A DNA stretch of 64,000 nt from contig JAWMAR010000024.1 in NCBI GenBank assembly GCA_036785375.1, positions 5,270,001-5,334,000 of the forward strand, read 5' to 3'. Origin of the DNA: Leucoraja ocellata (taxonomy: Eukaryota). Below the pieces are notes generated by a model. That model was given only the letters and a program-made list of their open reading frames with translations. It was not told where the DNA came from and searched no databases. Positions 48,915 to 61,732 of the stretch are shown piece by piece. A program made the translations under genes and the position numbers. Position 1 is the stretch's first letter, and every line of letters begins with the position of its first letter.

Positions 48915-51010
48915 CAGAACATAAGAAATAGGAGCAGGAGTAGACCATTTCAAAATTCATCAATTCTTGCTGATATTCTCCCTCAATGCCATATTCCGGC
49001 ACTATCAAAAAATCCCCTGATTCATTCAAGATTCCTACAGCGGTCTTGAATGAATTCAATGTGAGAACAATTGGTTTAGAGACTTCCAAAGATTCACCAT
49101 CCTCTGCATGAAGACATTTCTTTCAAATCAGCCCTGGCTGGTCTAACCCTCGATCTGACACTGAGTCCCCTGAATCCATTTGTGCGATGTAGGAATTGTG
49201 TTTATTTTAGTGAGTTCTCTTCTCAATCTTTTAAAGTCTCAAGAACAAAAGCCTAGACTACTCAATCTCTATCATATGGTAAATCCACTATCCCAGGAAT
49301 CAATCTAATGAATCTTAACTGCTCTCCCACTTGCGCAATAGTTTTTCTAAAATAAGGAGACCAAACTGTACATACTACTTCAGGTACAGTTTTACCAAGA
49401 CTCTATATAACAACTATAACTGCGGCCTTAAATTATTCTGTAATAAAGACCAACCTGTCATTTGTGTTTCCAACAACTTGCGATTACTGAATGTTTATAA
49501 CATTCAGAAAAATTCTAAAAAGGATCCAAACTATTAATTAGACCAAAAAATTGTGAGAAACAGAATGAAGAGAGCTACTCGGCGACATTCTACAGAAGAT
49601 ATGAATCTGAAATAAAAACAAAAAATTATATAAGTCCGCAGCAATACAGGCAGCGTGTGTGGTGAGAGAAACACAGCATTTCAGGTCAACAGAGAAAGCA
49701 GAAGGCCACCATTAAACATTTTTGAATAAGCTCCTAGAGTAATATAGCATCAAAACGGGCTCTACAGCTGAACTTGTCAATGCCAGCCAAGATGCCCATC
49801 TAAGCTAGTCCCATTTGCCCACATTAGACCAATATACCTCTTTGCTTTTTGCATCAATGTACCTGCTCAAATGTATTTTCAAAGTTGTTATGGTACCCAG
49901 GTCAACCACCTTCTCTGACAGTTTGTTCCATATATGCACCACCACCATGTGAAGAAGTTGACCCTCAGGTCCCTTTAAAATCTTTCCCTTCTCACACTAA
50001 CCTATACTCTTTAGTTTTGGATTGCCCTTCGCTGAGGAAGGGACTGTATGCATTCCCCTTACCCATGCCACTTATAATGTTATGCACCTCTATAATGTCA
50101 CCCCTCAATCTCCTACATTTCAAGGACTAAGGCCCTAACCTGGCGAACATCTCCCTACATCTCAGACCCTTGAATCTTGGCAGCATTCTTGTAAATCTTT
50201 GCACTCTTTCCAGATTAATGACATCTTCTAGCAGGGTAACTCACTGTGCACAATATTCCAAGTGTGCCTAACCCACTTGTACAACTGCAACATAACTTCA
50301 CAACTGTACTCAATGCCCTGATTGATGAAGGCCAACACCTTCACCACCCTGTCTACATGTGATGCCACTTTCAGCAATCGTGTGCTCATACTTCCAGATC
50401 CCTCTGATCTGCAACATTCCCCAGGATCTTACCATTCATTCACTGTGAAAGTCCTCACTGCGAAAGTCCTATCCTAGTTTGACTTCACATAACGAACCAA
50501 CTTTCCATTCCTTGGCACACCCACCCATCTAATCAAGACTATGCTATAATTTTTTTGTCAATCATCGTCACCGTCTATGATACCTCCAATCTGTGTTATC
50601 TGCAAACTTACTAATCATGCCTTGTACATTTTCATCTAAATGGTCTAAATAATTGAGGTTCAACAAAGGGCCACAGAGCAATCTCTGGGACACCACTAGT
50701 CACAGGTCTCCAATCCTAAAAGCATTCTTCTACCATCACCATCGCCCATTCATCTACCATCACCTTCAAGCCAATTTTCCCTGGATACCTTGTAATCTAA
50801 CATTCTTGACTAGCCTACCATACAGGAACATGTCAAAGGCCTTGCTAATGTCCATATAGATATTGTTCCTTGCTCTGCCTCAATCCTCTTCGCTACCTCA
50901 ACAAAAAACTCTAATACAACTGAGACGTGATTACCTACACACAATATGACTGTCCCTAGTTAGTCCTTGTTTATCCAAATGCTGGCAGGTCCTGCCCCTC
51001 AGAATCCCCA
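48915..51010 (-). mobile_element. Cluster of decayed CR1 LINE fragments (~48915-49470 and ~49740-51010)
   Basis: 3' UTR starts (cataagaaataggagcaggagtag) and RT-region remnants (aaggccttgctaatgtccatataga = YMDISKAFD-like on the - strand). Confidence 0.7.
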
Positions 51011-51507
51011 TACTGATCTAAGTGGACCGATTCTCTTCCTTAAGAGGATCTGTAATCTCCCTTTATGGGAACTTAATTGACCATACATGCCCACATTCAT
51101 TTAAACAAGTGAAGGAAAAGGATGAACTTGTTGGCAAAATTATACTAATAAACTTGGGGTTCACCTGTTTTAGCAATATTATTTGAAAACTAAATATTGG
51201 CTACATCATCAGGGGCAATTGTACCACATTTCAAATGGTGAGCATTCAATTGTTAAAATATGAATGTTTATTTACCAATCAGTCTGAAGAAGGATCCTGA
51301 CCCAAAACATCATCTGTCCATTATGTCCACAGATGCTGCGTGACCCAGTGTTTCTCCACCACTTTGTGTTTTGCGCAGGATTCCAGCATTTGCATTTTCT
51401 TGTGTCTCCAATTATTTACGATTACTTGATTCCATGAAGAGGCCTGTAATTTTAACCCTCCTCCAATCGTGCATTATCTGTTACTTTCACCCATTAAAGG
51501 AATCATC

Positions 51508-51596
51508 TCTCTCCCTCTCCCTCTCCCTCTCCCTCTCCCTCTCCCTCTCCCTCTCCCTCTCCCTCTCCCCCTCCCCCTCCCCCTCCCCCTCTCCCT
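51508..51596. repeat. (CTCTCC)n/(CCCTCC)n microsatellite
   Basis: Direct hexamer tandem repeat. Confidence 0.95.
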
Positions 51597-52653
51597 AGAA
51601 ATTCTGTAGTCAAATGCAAGGCCGATGAATAGATGGAGCCTTCATTTGCAGCAAAGAGCAAAGGCCAGTCCAATATAATTAGGATTTCATTAGCAGAGAT
51701 TAATGGAGGATTGGTCATGCTGGAACAAACTCATGGAACTTTCTGAAGAAGTAATAGGATATATAAAGGAAATATAGTTTGTGTGGATTTTTAAGACATG
51801 ACAATGTTCAAACATCATATCTTCAATTCTTGACTGAAATTGACTCATGGACGTCCTAATGCAAGAAACCTGACCATCCCTTTGTCTCTACAAATGTTGC
51901 TTAGCCCACTGAGTTCCTCCAGCTGTTGTTTTATGCGAACTGGTAAAAGAGATTGACCAGATATTATAGAACTTTGCTTTATTTCCTATGAAATCAGTAA
52001 AAATAAACAAAACACGAGATTATGCAAGTTGATTGAATATTTGCGAGGATCTATTGAACATACTCTCAAACAAACGATTTGTTGGGTTTGCTGGTTTCGT
52101 CAGTTTCTTGAAGAGTGAAATGAATTCATCCACATCTCTGGTTCAATATTGTCATATAATCTCGTTGGGAGAAAATTGCAGATTTTCTGGCGTTTGTAAT
52201 ATTATAAATAGACTGCTACTTTAAATGCATGTTGAAAGGTATTAGACCCTAAAAACTATTCATTGTTACATAAAGCCATATATGCTGCAAATGTACTGCA
52301 TTTACTGCAGTATGTACTGCATTTACTCTTGTGTATTAGTGAGTTTTTGCAATGCCACATCACCAAGCACAACATTGTTATCAATCCTTCTAAAATCTGT
52401 TGTTAGATGATTTGTGAGATAAAGTAAGATGTCTAATTGATAGCAAAGACAGTTATTGCTAATTTTCCCAAAGGAATCTGTCATGAATAACATTACAGAT
52501 ATAATTATGCATTATGATATTAAACAGGAAGATTATCAATGAAAGCAGGCTTTATCTTTGCAACGAACTGGATCAGTAGCACAATTAAGGAGGAATTATC
52601 CTTTGCCTATTGAACAAAATCTTATTCTGTGATGGGCAAAGCTTCCTTCAGCA

Positions 52654-53645
52654 TCTAAATATAATTAAAACTCTCATCTTGTTTGATTTGCATGTGTGTG
52701 GGGTTGTCCCCGAAACAACGCCAAAACAGTACATGATGGCGCTACAATTTTTGGCCCACCTTACTCACCAATGTCCTGTGATGAAAATGAAACGAGTTTC
52801 TTTCAGATTTATGTTATATTTTACAGGTTATAGAAATTTTAAACTTTAAACTTTACAAAAAACACTTTTCCACTTGCCCTGTCCATCAGCTGCGTTACAA
52901 CGACGTCACAATAGGATCCTGAATCTCAGTTACATTAAAAAACGTGATTCTCAAAAAAACCCTCAGTTTTAATCAAATTCTTCCGTTTTCATTAACAGCT
53001 AACATTGGGTTAAGGTTATTTTAAAGAAAAAACACGATTTTCATTGAGAATGCCATTTTTTTTATTGCAATTTTCATTGTGGGGTGGGGGGAGCTTAAAT
53101 TTTTTTTAAACGTGGTTTTCATTGTGGGGGGGGTGGGATAGTGGGGGGGGGTTTCATTATTTAAAAATTGCGATTTTCATTGGGGTGGGATTGGGGAGGT
53201 GGGGGAGCAGGGGGGTAGAGGGAGAGGAGGGGTGAAGAGGGGATAGAGGGAGATGAGGAGGGTAAGGAGTGGGGGGTAGAGGGAGAGGAGGGCAATGGGG
53301 GAGGTGAGGAAGGAGAGTGGGATAGGGGGGAGGAGAAGGGAAGGAAGAAGGGGAGTGAAGAGGAGGGGGAGGGAGTGCTGGGGATGAGGGGGAATGGAGA
53401 TGGATAGGGGTAGAAAGAAGGATGGCCAGGTAATGGAGGTGGAGGGAGGGGGTGATATTTTACAAGTTATTGCCATTTTGAACTTTAAAAACGTCGCAGT
53501 TGCGCTCCCACTTGCCGGCCGCGCCTGCACAGTTGGAGGAGAGTTTGCCGTGACTCGCGTCACAACGGGGATCTCTGGCGTCACAATAGGAATCCGTCAG
53601 CCACGCCTGAGCAGTTGACGGGCAATAGCGTTGCCACCACATGAA
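52654..53645 (+). mobile_element. Helitron-like non-autonomous element, 3' end not found
   Basis: Starts A|TCTAAATATAATTAAAACTCTCATCTTG. The 5' ~170 bp resemble the reverse complement of 63380-63549. Contains a G/purine-rich tract at 53180-53455. Confidence 0.45.
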
Positions 53646-53657
53646 CAATGCCAATGA

Positions 53658-54293
53658 CTTTCATTGCAAAAGGATTTGAGTATAGGAGCAGAGAGGTTCT
53701 ACTGCAGTTGTACAGGGTCTTGGTGAGACCACACCTGGAGTATTGCGTACAGTTTTGGTCTCCAAATCTGAGGAAGGACATTATTGCCATAGAGGGAGTG
53801 CAGAGACGGTTCACCAGACTGATTCCTGGGATGTCAGGACTGTCTTATGAAGAAAGACTGGATAGACTTGGTTTATACTCTCTAGAATTTAGAAGATTGA
53901 GAGGGGATCTTATAGAAACTTACAAAATTCTTAAGGGGTTGGACAGGCTAGATGCAGGAAGATTGTTCCCGATGTTGGGGAAGTCCAGGACCAGGGGTTA
54001 CAGCTTAAGGATAAAGGGGAAATCCTTTAAAACCGAGATGAGAAGAACTTTTTTCACACAGAGAGTGGTGAATCTCTGGAATTCTCTGCCACAGAGGGTA
54101 GTTGAGGCCAGTTCATTGGCTATATTTAAGAGGGAGTTAGATGTGGTCCTTGTGGCTAAGGGGATCAGGGGGTATGGAGAGAAGGCAGGTACGGGATACT
54201 GAGTTGGATGATCTGCCATGATCATATTGAATGGCGGTGCAGGGCCGAATGGCCTACTCCTGCACCTAATTTCTATGTTTCTATGTTTCTATG
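53658..54293 (+). mobile_element. CR1 LINE 3' fragment with uninterrupted ORF2 C-terminus
   Basis: FIAKGFEYRSREVLLQLYRVLVRPHLEYCVQFWSP...RRLRGDLIETYKILKG...GTGY*, with a (TTTCTATG)3 tail. Confidence 0.93.
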
Positions 54294-56320
54294 ACTTCAG
54301 TCATGATTCATATTACATGGGTATAGCAACTTTTTGAATTCATTCACAGGATGTGAGTAATGTTTGTAAAACATACAAAAAAGTGGAACTCAGCCAGACA
54401 AGCATCATCTGTGGAGGTTAAAGGTGTCTGTCAATGTTTTGAGATGCAGTGATTCAGCCCAAAATGTTGATCTTGAACTTTTGCCTCCACAGATGCTGAT
54501 AGACCCATTGAGCTCTTCTAACGTTGCTTTTTGTTCAAGATTCCAGCATTTTCTGTCTCGTTTATCTCTTTTATATTGCCTGACCTGAGTTGCTGCTCAA
54601 CCTTGTAAGTGGACAGTGAAGTGTCAACATTTTTGTGGATCTGGAGTCACACCTAAGCCAGATTTCTTATCGGTGGCTGATATATTAATAGCATGGCAGG
54701 TTTTATTCCCCTCAGGACATCGACAAGGTGCGATTAATTAACTGATTTTGAAATCTCAGCTTCTGTGGTGGGATTTGAAGTCTGCCTTGGGATCATTTAT
54801 TCAGAAAATCATAAAAACTGCATATGCAGCAAATGCAGAGTAACAAAATATGCTGGAATCACACAGCAGGTCAAGCAGCATCTGGAAGGAGAAGAGGTAT
54901 TAAAAGGTTCAGTCCATCCCTGTGTATCCTCAGCCTTCTCTAGTTTTATTTTACTAAATTAAGCAATATGTTATTGTACCCTGGGTGATAGGCAGTTTCA
55001 ACCAAACAAGATATCTTGTTATCAGCATTATATGATATTATAGGTACTGTATAGAAGCCCATTGTTTCCATCACTATATGAGTTCTTAAAGTCACAATGT
55101 GCTGAACCTGCTTAAGGTCCTCTGAAATCGCAAAGTTTACATCAAGAATATAAATCAGAAAAATCCTAGTGGTTCTGTTAACTCATCAATCCGAGGGAAA
55201 ACATGGTGAATGGGGTGGAGGAAGAAAAAGGCTGCGGTTTGACAGGAATGATCAACTGATGAACATGACCAAAAGCGAGGTTCTACGGTATCATTGTGAA
55301 ATGATTTCTATCACGCCACAGGCAAAATTCAGGGAGGGTAGGGAGGACTGTCAAATAATATTTACAGCTGAGTGATAGGTCATTAGTTAATTAAAGAGGC
55401 TAGTTCATAGTTGCCTCATGAGTTTAAGTGTCAATATGTTTTAGCAAAGAATCCAAAGCCAGTTAGATCAGTAATATGTAGGAAAGAGTGCACTAGAAAA
55501 CAAGCTCCAGCTTTGGATTTAAATGTCCCTCCCAGAGTAAATGTTCTTGGTCAATGCTAAAGTGAAACCCATCTTGGAAGTTCAGCTTCTATATCTGGAA
55601 TGTAGAATCATGAGGTTCATTGCCACCATCAGACAGAAAACAATAATCTGTCATTTCAAACACTGCCAAAAGTTTGTCACTGGCATCCTGTCATTTATGG
55701 TTTGATTTGTGAGCTGATGAGAGGCGGAAGGGAAGGCGTTCACTACCTTACAAACTACCGATCCACCTGTCTTACCAGTAATCTTGTCCCCTTCTGTGCA
55801 AAAGTCTGCCTTTCCCACATTGATCTCATTAGCCCTGACAATCCTTGAACCTGGAGAGAGATCACGTCATCCTCTATCTTGAGAGACCTCCAAATAAAGA
55901 ATTACGTTGAATGATGTCAACAGTGGCTATAGGCAATTGCAATATTTTCATAAATTTGAAAAAGAGTTTGGCTTGGCACTGCAAAATAGTCTATATCCTT
56001 CCCTTTGAATATATGACCAAAAATCTTATGTTTGAGATATTATTGCCACTGCTGTGATCAAGCAAACAAAATAATCTTCCCAATTTTACTGATTATACAT
56101 GAAACTTTATTAATAGTCAATCCCTTCATGTAATTTAGAATCTGCAAAATGATGTTGTTTATTCGATATTAAAAGGTGAATAAGTGACAGTATTTTCTCG
56201 GTTTATTAGCCGCCCTGATTTAAATGCACTGTTCAAATAATTTCCAGAAAAATGCTTGAATATTTCGTGAATATATATAGCGTGAAAATGATCTTCAGAC
56301 GAGCTAACATAATGACCTAT

Positions 56321-56640
56321 GGCCAGCACAGTGGCACTGCTGGTAGAGACCCAGGTTCGATCCTGACCACGGGTGCGGTCTGTGTGGAGTTTGTACTTTC
56401 TCACTCTGGCTTCATAGGTTTCCTCTGGGTGCTCTGGTCCCACCCCCCACCCCTCCACATCCTAAAGATGAGGCATATGTAAGTTAATTAGCCTCTGGAA
56501 AAAAAGTTCTCAGTGTGCGGGGAGCGGATGGGAAAGTATGATAACGTAGAACTAGTGTGTGCAAGTGATCAATGGTCGGCATGGACTCAGTGGGCCAAAG
56601 AGCCTGTTTTTATGCTGTACCTCCAAACTCTAAATAAAAG
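56321..56640 (+). mobile_element. HE1-like V-SINE, diverged
   Basis: B box GGTTCGATCC, a V-domain and a gggccaaagagcctgttt tail, homologous to 6470-6787. Confidence 0.8.
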
Positions 56641-58292
56641 TAAATAAGAAAAGCATTTTTGAACTAGAATTGTTAATAGTAAAAATTCTGGAAACAAAAG
56701 AAAATGGGGAGACAAGGCAGAGAATAAGATTTGACTGAAACGAAAACATGGAGCTGAAATGGGGTTTTTATATTATTAATATCTATAAGGTTGTGATTAT
56801 TCACCAGGAGAAAATAATAGAGACAGTGGCATCTAGTAACAGATTTTTTACTGTTACCCTTCCGATGTTAGACTTCTCTGAATAATATAAAAAAGACACT
56901 CCTGGCTAAAACTAAAGGTAGAAACTTATGATTCTGCAAATTTACTCGTTATTGTTGAAACTTATGAAATCCTGATGATGAGTCTTGAGAAAACACTTAC
57001 TCTTGCGGGACGGCGTGGAACAAGGAACCACCTACCTAAGACACAGATAAGATTAATTTATTTCTCAGAATGTCATGATCCTTTTGGACTCTGCTTCCCC
57101 CAACCTTCAAGGGAGAGAGTCATTAAATATTTTAAAGTTAGAGGTAGATAGATTCCTGATAAGCAAATGGTTCAACGTTTTGTGGGGGGCACATGAATGC
57201 AGTATTTAGGTTACAGATAAATCAGGCGAGATCAAATTGAATGGCAAGGCTGGCTTGGAGGACTGAGTAGCCAACTATTGTTCCTAATTTGCATGTTTGT
57301 ATATAACAGAGTTCTGCAGCACAGAAATAGGCCCTTCATCCCACCACTTACATGCCAGACTTTTTGCCCATCTATATTAAACCCATTTGCCTTTATTTGT
57401 ACCATTTCCTTTTAGCCTTTACTTCAATGGCTTCAATGCTTTCTTTGTTATCACATGTGCCAAAGTACAGTGAGATTCTTTTTTTTGCATACAGATCAGT
57501 GAGATTATTGGCATACATAAGTACAATTCCTGGTTAGTACATAATGCAAATTAAATAGCTAACTATGTCTGTATGCAATTATCACCATGTTTTGGCACCA
57601 TTTCACAGCCCCACCTGCAGCTGGCAAGAAAGGTATGTTGCAGATGTCACCTCCATTCGGTCATCCCACAAACAGTCGTCCTTCTCCTTGCCCAGCCACC
57701 TTCAACCTTCATGCCCTGAGGGGTGCCTTCCGCAGCAAACCTTGAAGGCACAGGAGATAAGACCCCCCCCCCCCATAGTTCTTCCAACCATCCCTTGTCT
57801 AGCGTCCGCTATTGTCACTGACTACCTCCAACTCTTCTCCAGTTCCAGGGTGTACAGGCGCCGGGCTCGGTGGCTTCCCTCTCCCGGTTCCACGGCAGGC
57901 AAGCCAGGCCAGCTGTCGGAGTATGACTGTGCTCACTAAGGCCTTCAGCGGGCTATCAGCTTATCTATTACATGTCTGTCCAAATTCCTCGTAAATATAG
58001 TAATTGCATGAGAATACATCACCTCTTCCGGCAGTGCGTTCCAGATATTGTCCACTCCCTGTGTAACATGCTTACAGTTCAGATCCCTTTTAAATCTCCT
58101 ACCTCTTATTGTAAACCTGTGCCCTCTTGTATATCATATGCTATTCAAATTGTTTTGAAATTTTAAAACTCCAAGTGATTTCCTCTGCATTTTAAACAAG
58201 AATCGTTAACTATACTGCTCTTATAAAAGGTTTTCACATAATTTTTTCTTACTAATTTCACCCTAGCTCATGTAAAGGTTGTGATCGATTTA

Positions 58293-59191
58293 AGTTAGAA
58301 GGAACTACTGATGCTGGTTTAAACCGAAAATAGACTCAAAAAGCTGGAGTAACTCACGGGTTAGGCAGCATCTCTGGAGAGAAAGAATGGGTGACGTTTC
58401 GGGTTGAGATCCTTCTTAAGACTGGTTAGGGATAAGGGAAACGAGAGATATGGATGGTGATGTGGAGAGATAAAGAACAATGAATGAAACGTATGCAAAA
58501 AAGTAACCGGGAGGTCAGGTTGGTTCATGCGGGCTGAGCGGAGGTGTTCCGCGAAATGATCGCCCAGTCTGCATTTGGTCTCGCCAATGTATAAGAGTCC
58601 ATATTTTGAACAACGGATACAGTAGATGAGGTTGGAGGGAGTGCAAGTGAACCTCTGTCTAGCCTGAAAGGACTGTCAGGTTCCCTGACCAGAGTAGAGG
58701 GAGGAGGTATAGTGACAGGTGTTGCATCTTCTGCAGTTGCAGGGGAAAGTACCTGGGGATGGGGTGGTTTGGGTGGGAAGGGATGAGTTAATCAGGGAAT
58801 TGCGGAGGGAACAGTCTCTGCGGAAGGGGGAAACAGGTGGGGATGGGGAAATGTGGCTAGTGGACAGGATCCCATTGGATGAATATTTGTTGTGTGCGAC
58901 AGCTGATGGGATGGAAGATAAGGACCAGGAGGACTCTGTCTCTGTTGCGACCAGGGGGAGAGGTAGCAAGGGCGTTGCTGCAGGGTACCAAGGAGACACG
59001 AGTGAGGGCCTCATCTATGATGGGAGAGAGGAACCCCTGTTCCCTAAAGAATGAGGCCATCTCAGATGTTCTAGTATGGAACATTTCATCTTGAGTGCAG
59101 ATGCGGGGTAGACGGAGGAACTGGGAATAGGGGATAGACTCTTTGCAGGAAGCAGGGTGGGAAGAAGTGTAGTCGAGATAGTTGTGGGGTA
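58293..59191 (-). mobile_element. Penelope-like retroelement, 5'-truncated and internally deleted
   Basis: Minus strand reads FHTRTSEMASFFREQGF, PGTFPCNCRRCNTC and RFTCT..NLIYCIRCSKYGLLYIGETK. Terminal repeat at 58298-58422. 15-bp TSD GTTGTGATC(G/A)ATTTA at 58278-58292 and 59192-59206. Confidence 0.88.
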
Positions 59192-61373
59192 GTTGTGATC
59201 AATTTACTTCTGTTGTTCGTAACTCTTAAAATTACTTGTTTCCTTCCAAATCTACACAGAAGTAACTTTAGAAATGATTGAATCTCATGAAGAAAAGTGT
59301 TTCAGTGACAAACGCAATGCATCATGCTAAATCCTTTATATTACTAAATAGATAGTTTTGTCAAAACAGAAGTGCTTCGCTGCAGATTGAAGCATATCAT
59401 CACTAGAGGCTGTTTAATACAGTAAGGATGTCATCATGCTGAATGTTTCTAACCAATTTATTAATAGAATATTCCTACTTTACCATTGACTGTATCACCA
59501 ACGAGCACTGTCTCAAGTCCATTGAGCCATAGGATTGTTGAGGAAGGTATCTCAGTTATCTAATTGTCGTTAGATTACAGCGATACCATGGAAAATTACA
59601 AACTTCTACAGTACCCTGTGGCATTTTGAAAGAAGGCTCAATGATAGGGATCATTTGTGGTACCATATCATTATGATGCCACAAAAAGCTAACCTTTTGA
59701 AATGGATATCTATGGATTTGACTTCCTTGACTTATTTAAAGTACTTCTTATACTTGAACTGCACCGGCAGTTTGGCAGTGTTGAGTACAGGTGATTGGTG
59801 ATGTTGAACTTCTGCAGAAGGAAGTCAGCAAATGCACTTATACAGAGAAAGAAAATCCTATTTACTCTTGATTGAAATATGGGCCGTGCAGTCTTAAACG
59901 CCAGAAAATGAAACATTGAGGCACAAATTTTGTTTATTTTTAATTAAAAGAAAGGTTTCAATTTGTTGCCGTTGAATATAAATAACAATGCATAAAATAT
60001 AAATGCACAAATTCTAAATCTGTGTATATGTTGAATTACCTCATCTTTCACCGGCTCCTTGTTGTGCCGAATCACATGGGATTTGACTTTGAGTTCTTGT
60101 ATGATTGCTATTGTTTAGGGACTGATTATTTCAAAGTCATTCATTGGATGCTTAATACAATATTTGACATTTTGAGTCAGCCACCTGTGTACAGTCTTTA
60201 TAATGAGTGTAATAAATGCCTTCATTCAAACTGATTGGAAATATAAATGATGATTGTTGGTGATGGGACTTTTCTACATTCCATCTAAATCCTACTGCTA
60301 AAGAAAAGACTACGCTTTCCAGACTCGACCCAACAACCTTATGATTTAGGTAACACATTTCCCTTGTACACAGGAACCCACTTACATGCTGTATCGATTT
60401 TAAGAAACAAGTAATTTAAAAAATAATAATTCCTTCCCTAATAAAGGTTTTCGCATGTGAACTCAGGAGACGTGAGCATTGCTGGAAAAGAACGCAAATA
60501 GCGCCCATGAAAGTAAATAAAATCTGCAGGTGCTGGAAATCTGAAATAAAAATAGAAATACTGGAAGGATTCAGCAGGTCAGGCAATATTTCAATTCACG
60601 ACCCTTTATCTGATTTGGGAAAGTTTTGTCAAAATACAAGGTCTTGATCTGAATTGTTATCTTTACAAATGAGTTGTCTAACCTGCTGGATATTTACAAC
60701 ATTTCTGTTTTCATTATTTACCCAATGTCTATGGTGAATTGCCTCCTGCATTGCTGTCAGTTGTGATGTTTCTGGGGCAATAAACAGTGATACGTTTCTA
60801 ACTCAGATAGTGAGTGAGTGAATTGGATGGATACCCGAAGATGGTCGGAGATTTTGCTGAGTAGCCTTGATCAGTTGCTAATGTGCAACTTTACCAGTAT
60901 ACAACCAAACTTGATCCTAATCGCTCGTAAATTCTATGTGTGAATAATTGCTGCATTGCCGTCATAATGGAATCCCCTTTCTGAGCCTGAAGATCAGAAC
61001 CATCTTTAACCTGCTGTAGGCTTTGCAGATCAGAAATGGAGAGTACTTATCTTCCACTATTAATATGCTCAAAATATCATAGTTTTCAAAATACGATTGC
61101 AGAAACAAACTCTGTAAACCACGGTGAAGCAGCTAAATGAAATGCTATTTGGTTGACAGTCGACCTTTAATACAGTATCAGTTTTATTTTTGACGTAGCC
61201 TTTATGTAAGAAGAAAAGTGGAAGCTAGGTAAAGTTTCATAAGTAGAACCTTTCTAAACACTCCTGTGCTGAAGAATAATCAGTGATCTGGGAATCTGAC
61301 ATTGAGCTGCTGGTTGGTCCTGTCCATTTAAGGACATTGCTGGAGTATGATCGAAAAGGGAGATCGCCTAAAT

Positions 61374-61732
61374 CAGTGGTTCCCAACCTTTTTTAGCTCA
61401 TGGCCCCCTTGGGATCTTTTAATTTTTCTGTGGCCTCCCCTGACATTATTAGCGGAAAAAAGTACTTCAATATTATAATACCTTCCATAAAAATATCAGT
61501 GTCTATTAATTGTACATATATTCTCTTTTATTCTATTCCACAAACATCAAAAATATTTCAACTATGTAGATTTAAATTTATTAAAACTGAAATTTAGGAG
61601 GCAACAGGGTGGTACCTCTGTGGCCCCCTTCATTGAACCTGTGGCCCCCTAAATCCCAATTTTTTTCTGTGGCCACCCTGAAATTTGCCATGGCCCCTTT
61701 AGGGCCATATGGCCCCAGGTTGGGAATCACTG
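61374..61732. mobile_element. hAT (Charlie-like) MITE
   Basis: TIR CAGTG(G/A)TTCCCAACCT; perfect 8-bp TSD GCCTAAAT (61366-61373, 61733-61740); repeated subterminal TGGCCCC motifs. Confidence 0.9.

Noticed and set aside
53177-53584. 135-aa Pro/Leu-rich ORF
   Set aside because: Translation of a low-complexity purine/pyrimidine tract within a repeat.
59397-59415. CATCACTAGAGGCTG as a CTCF motif
   Set aside because: Lacks the CC start and one G of the core; too weak.
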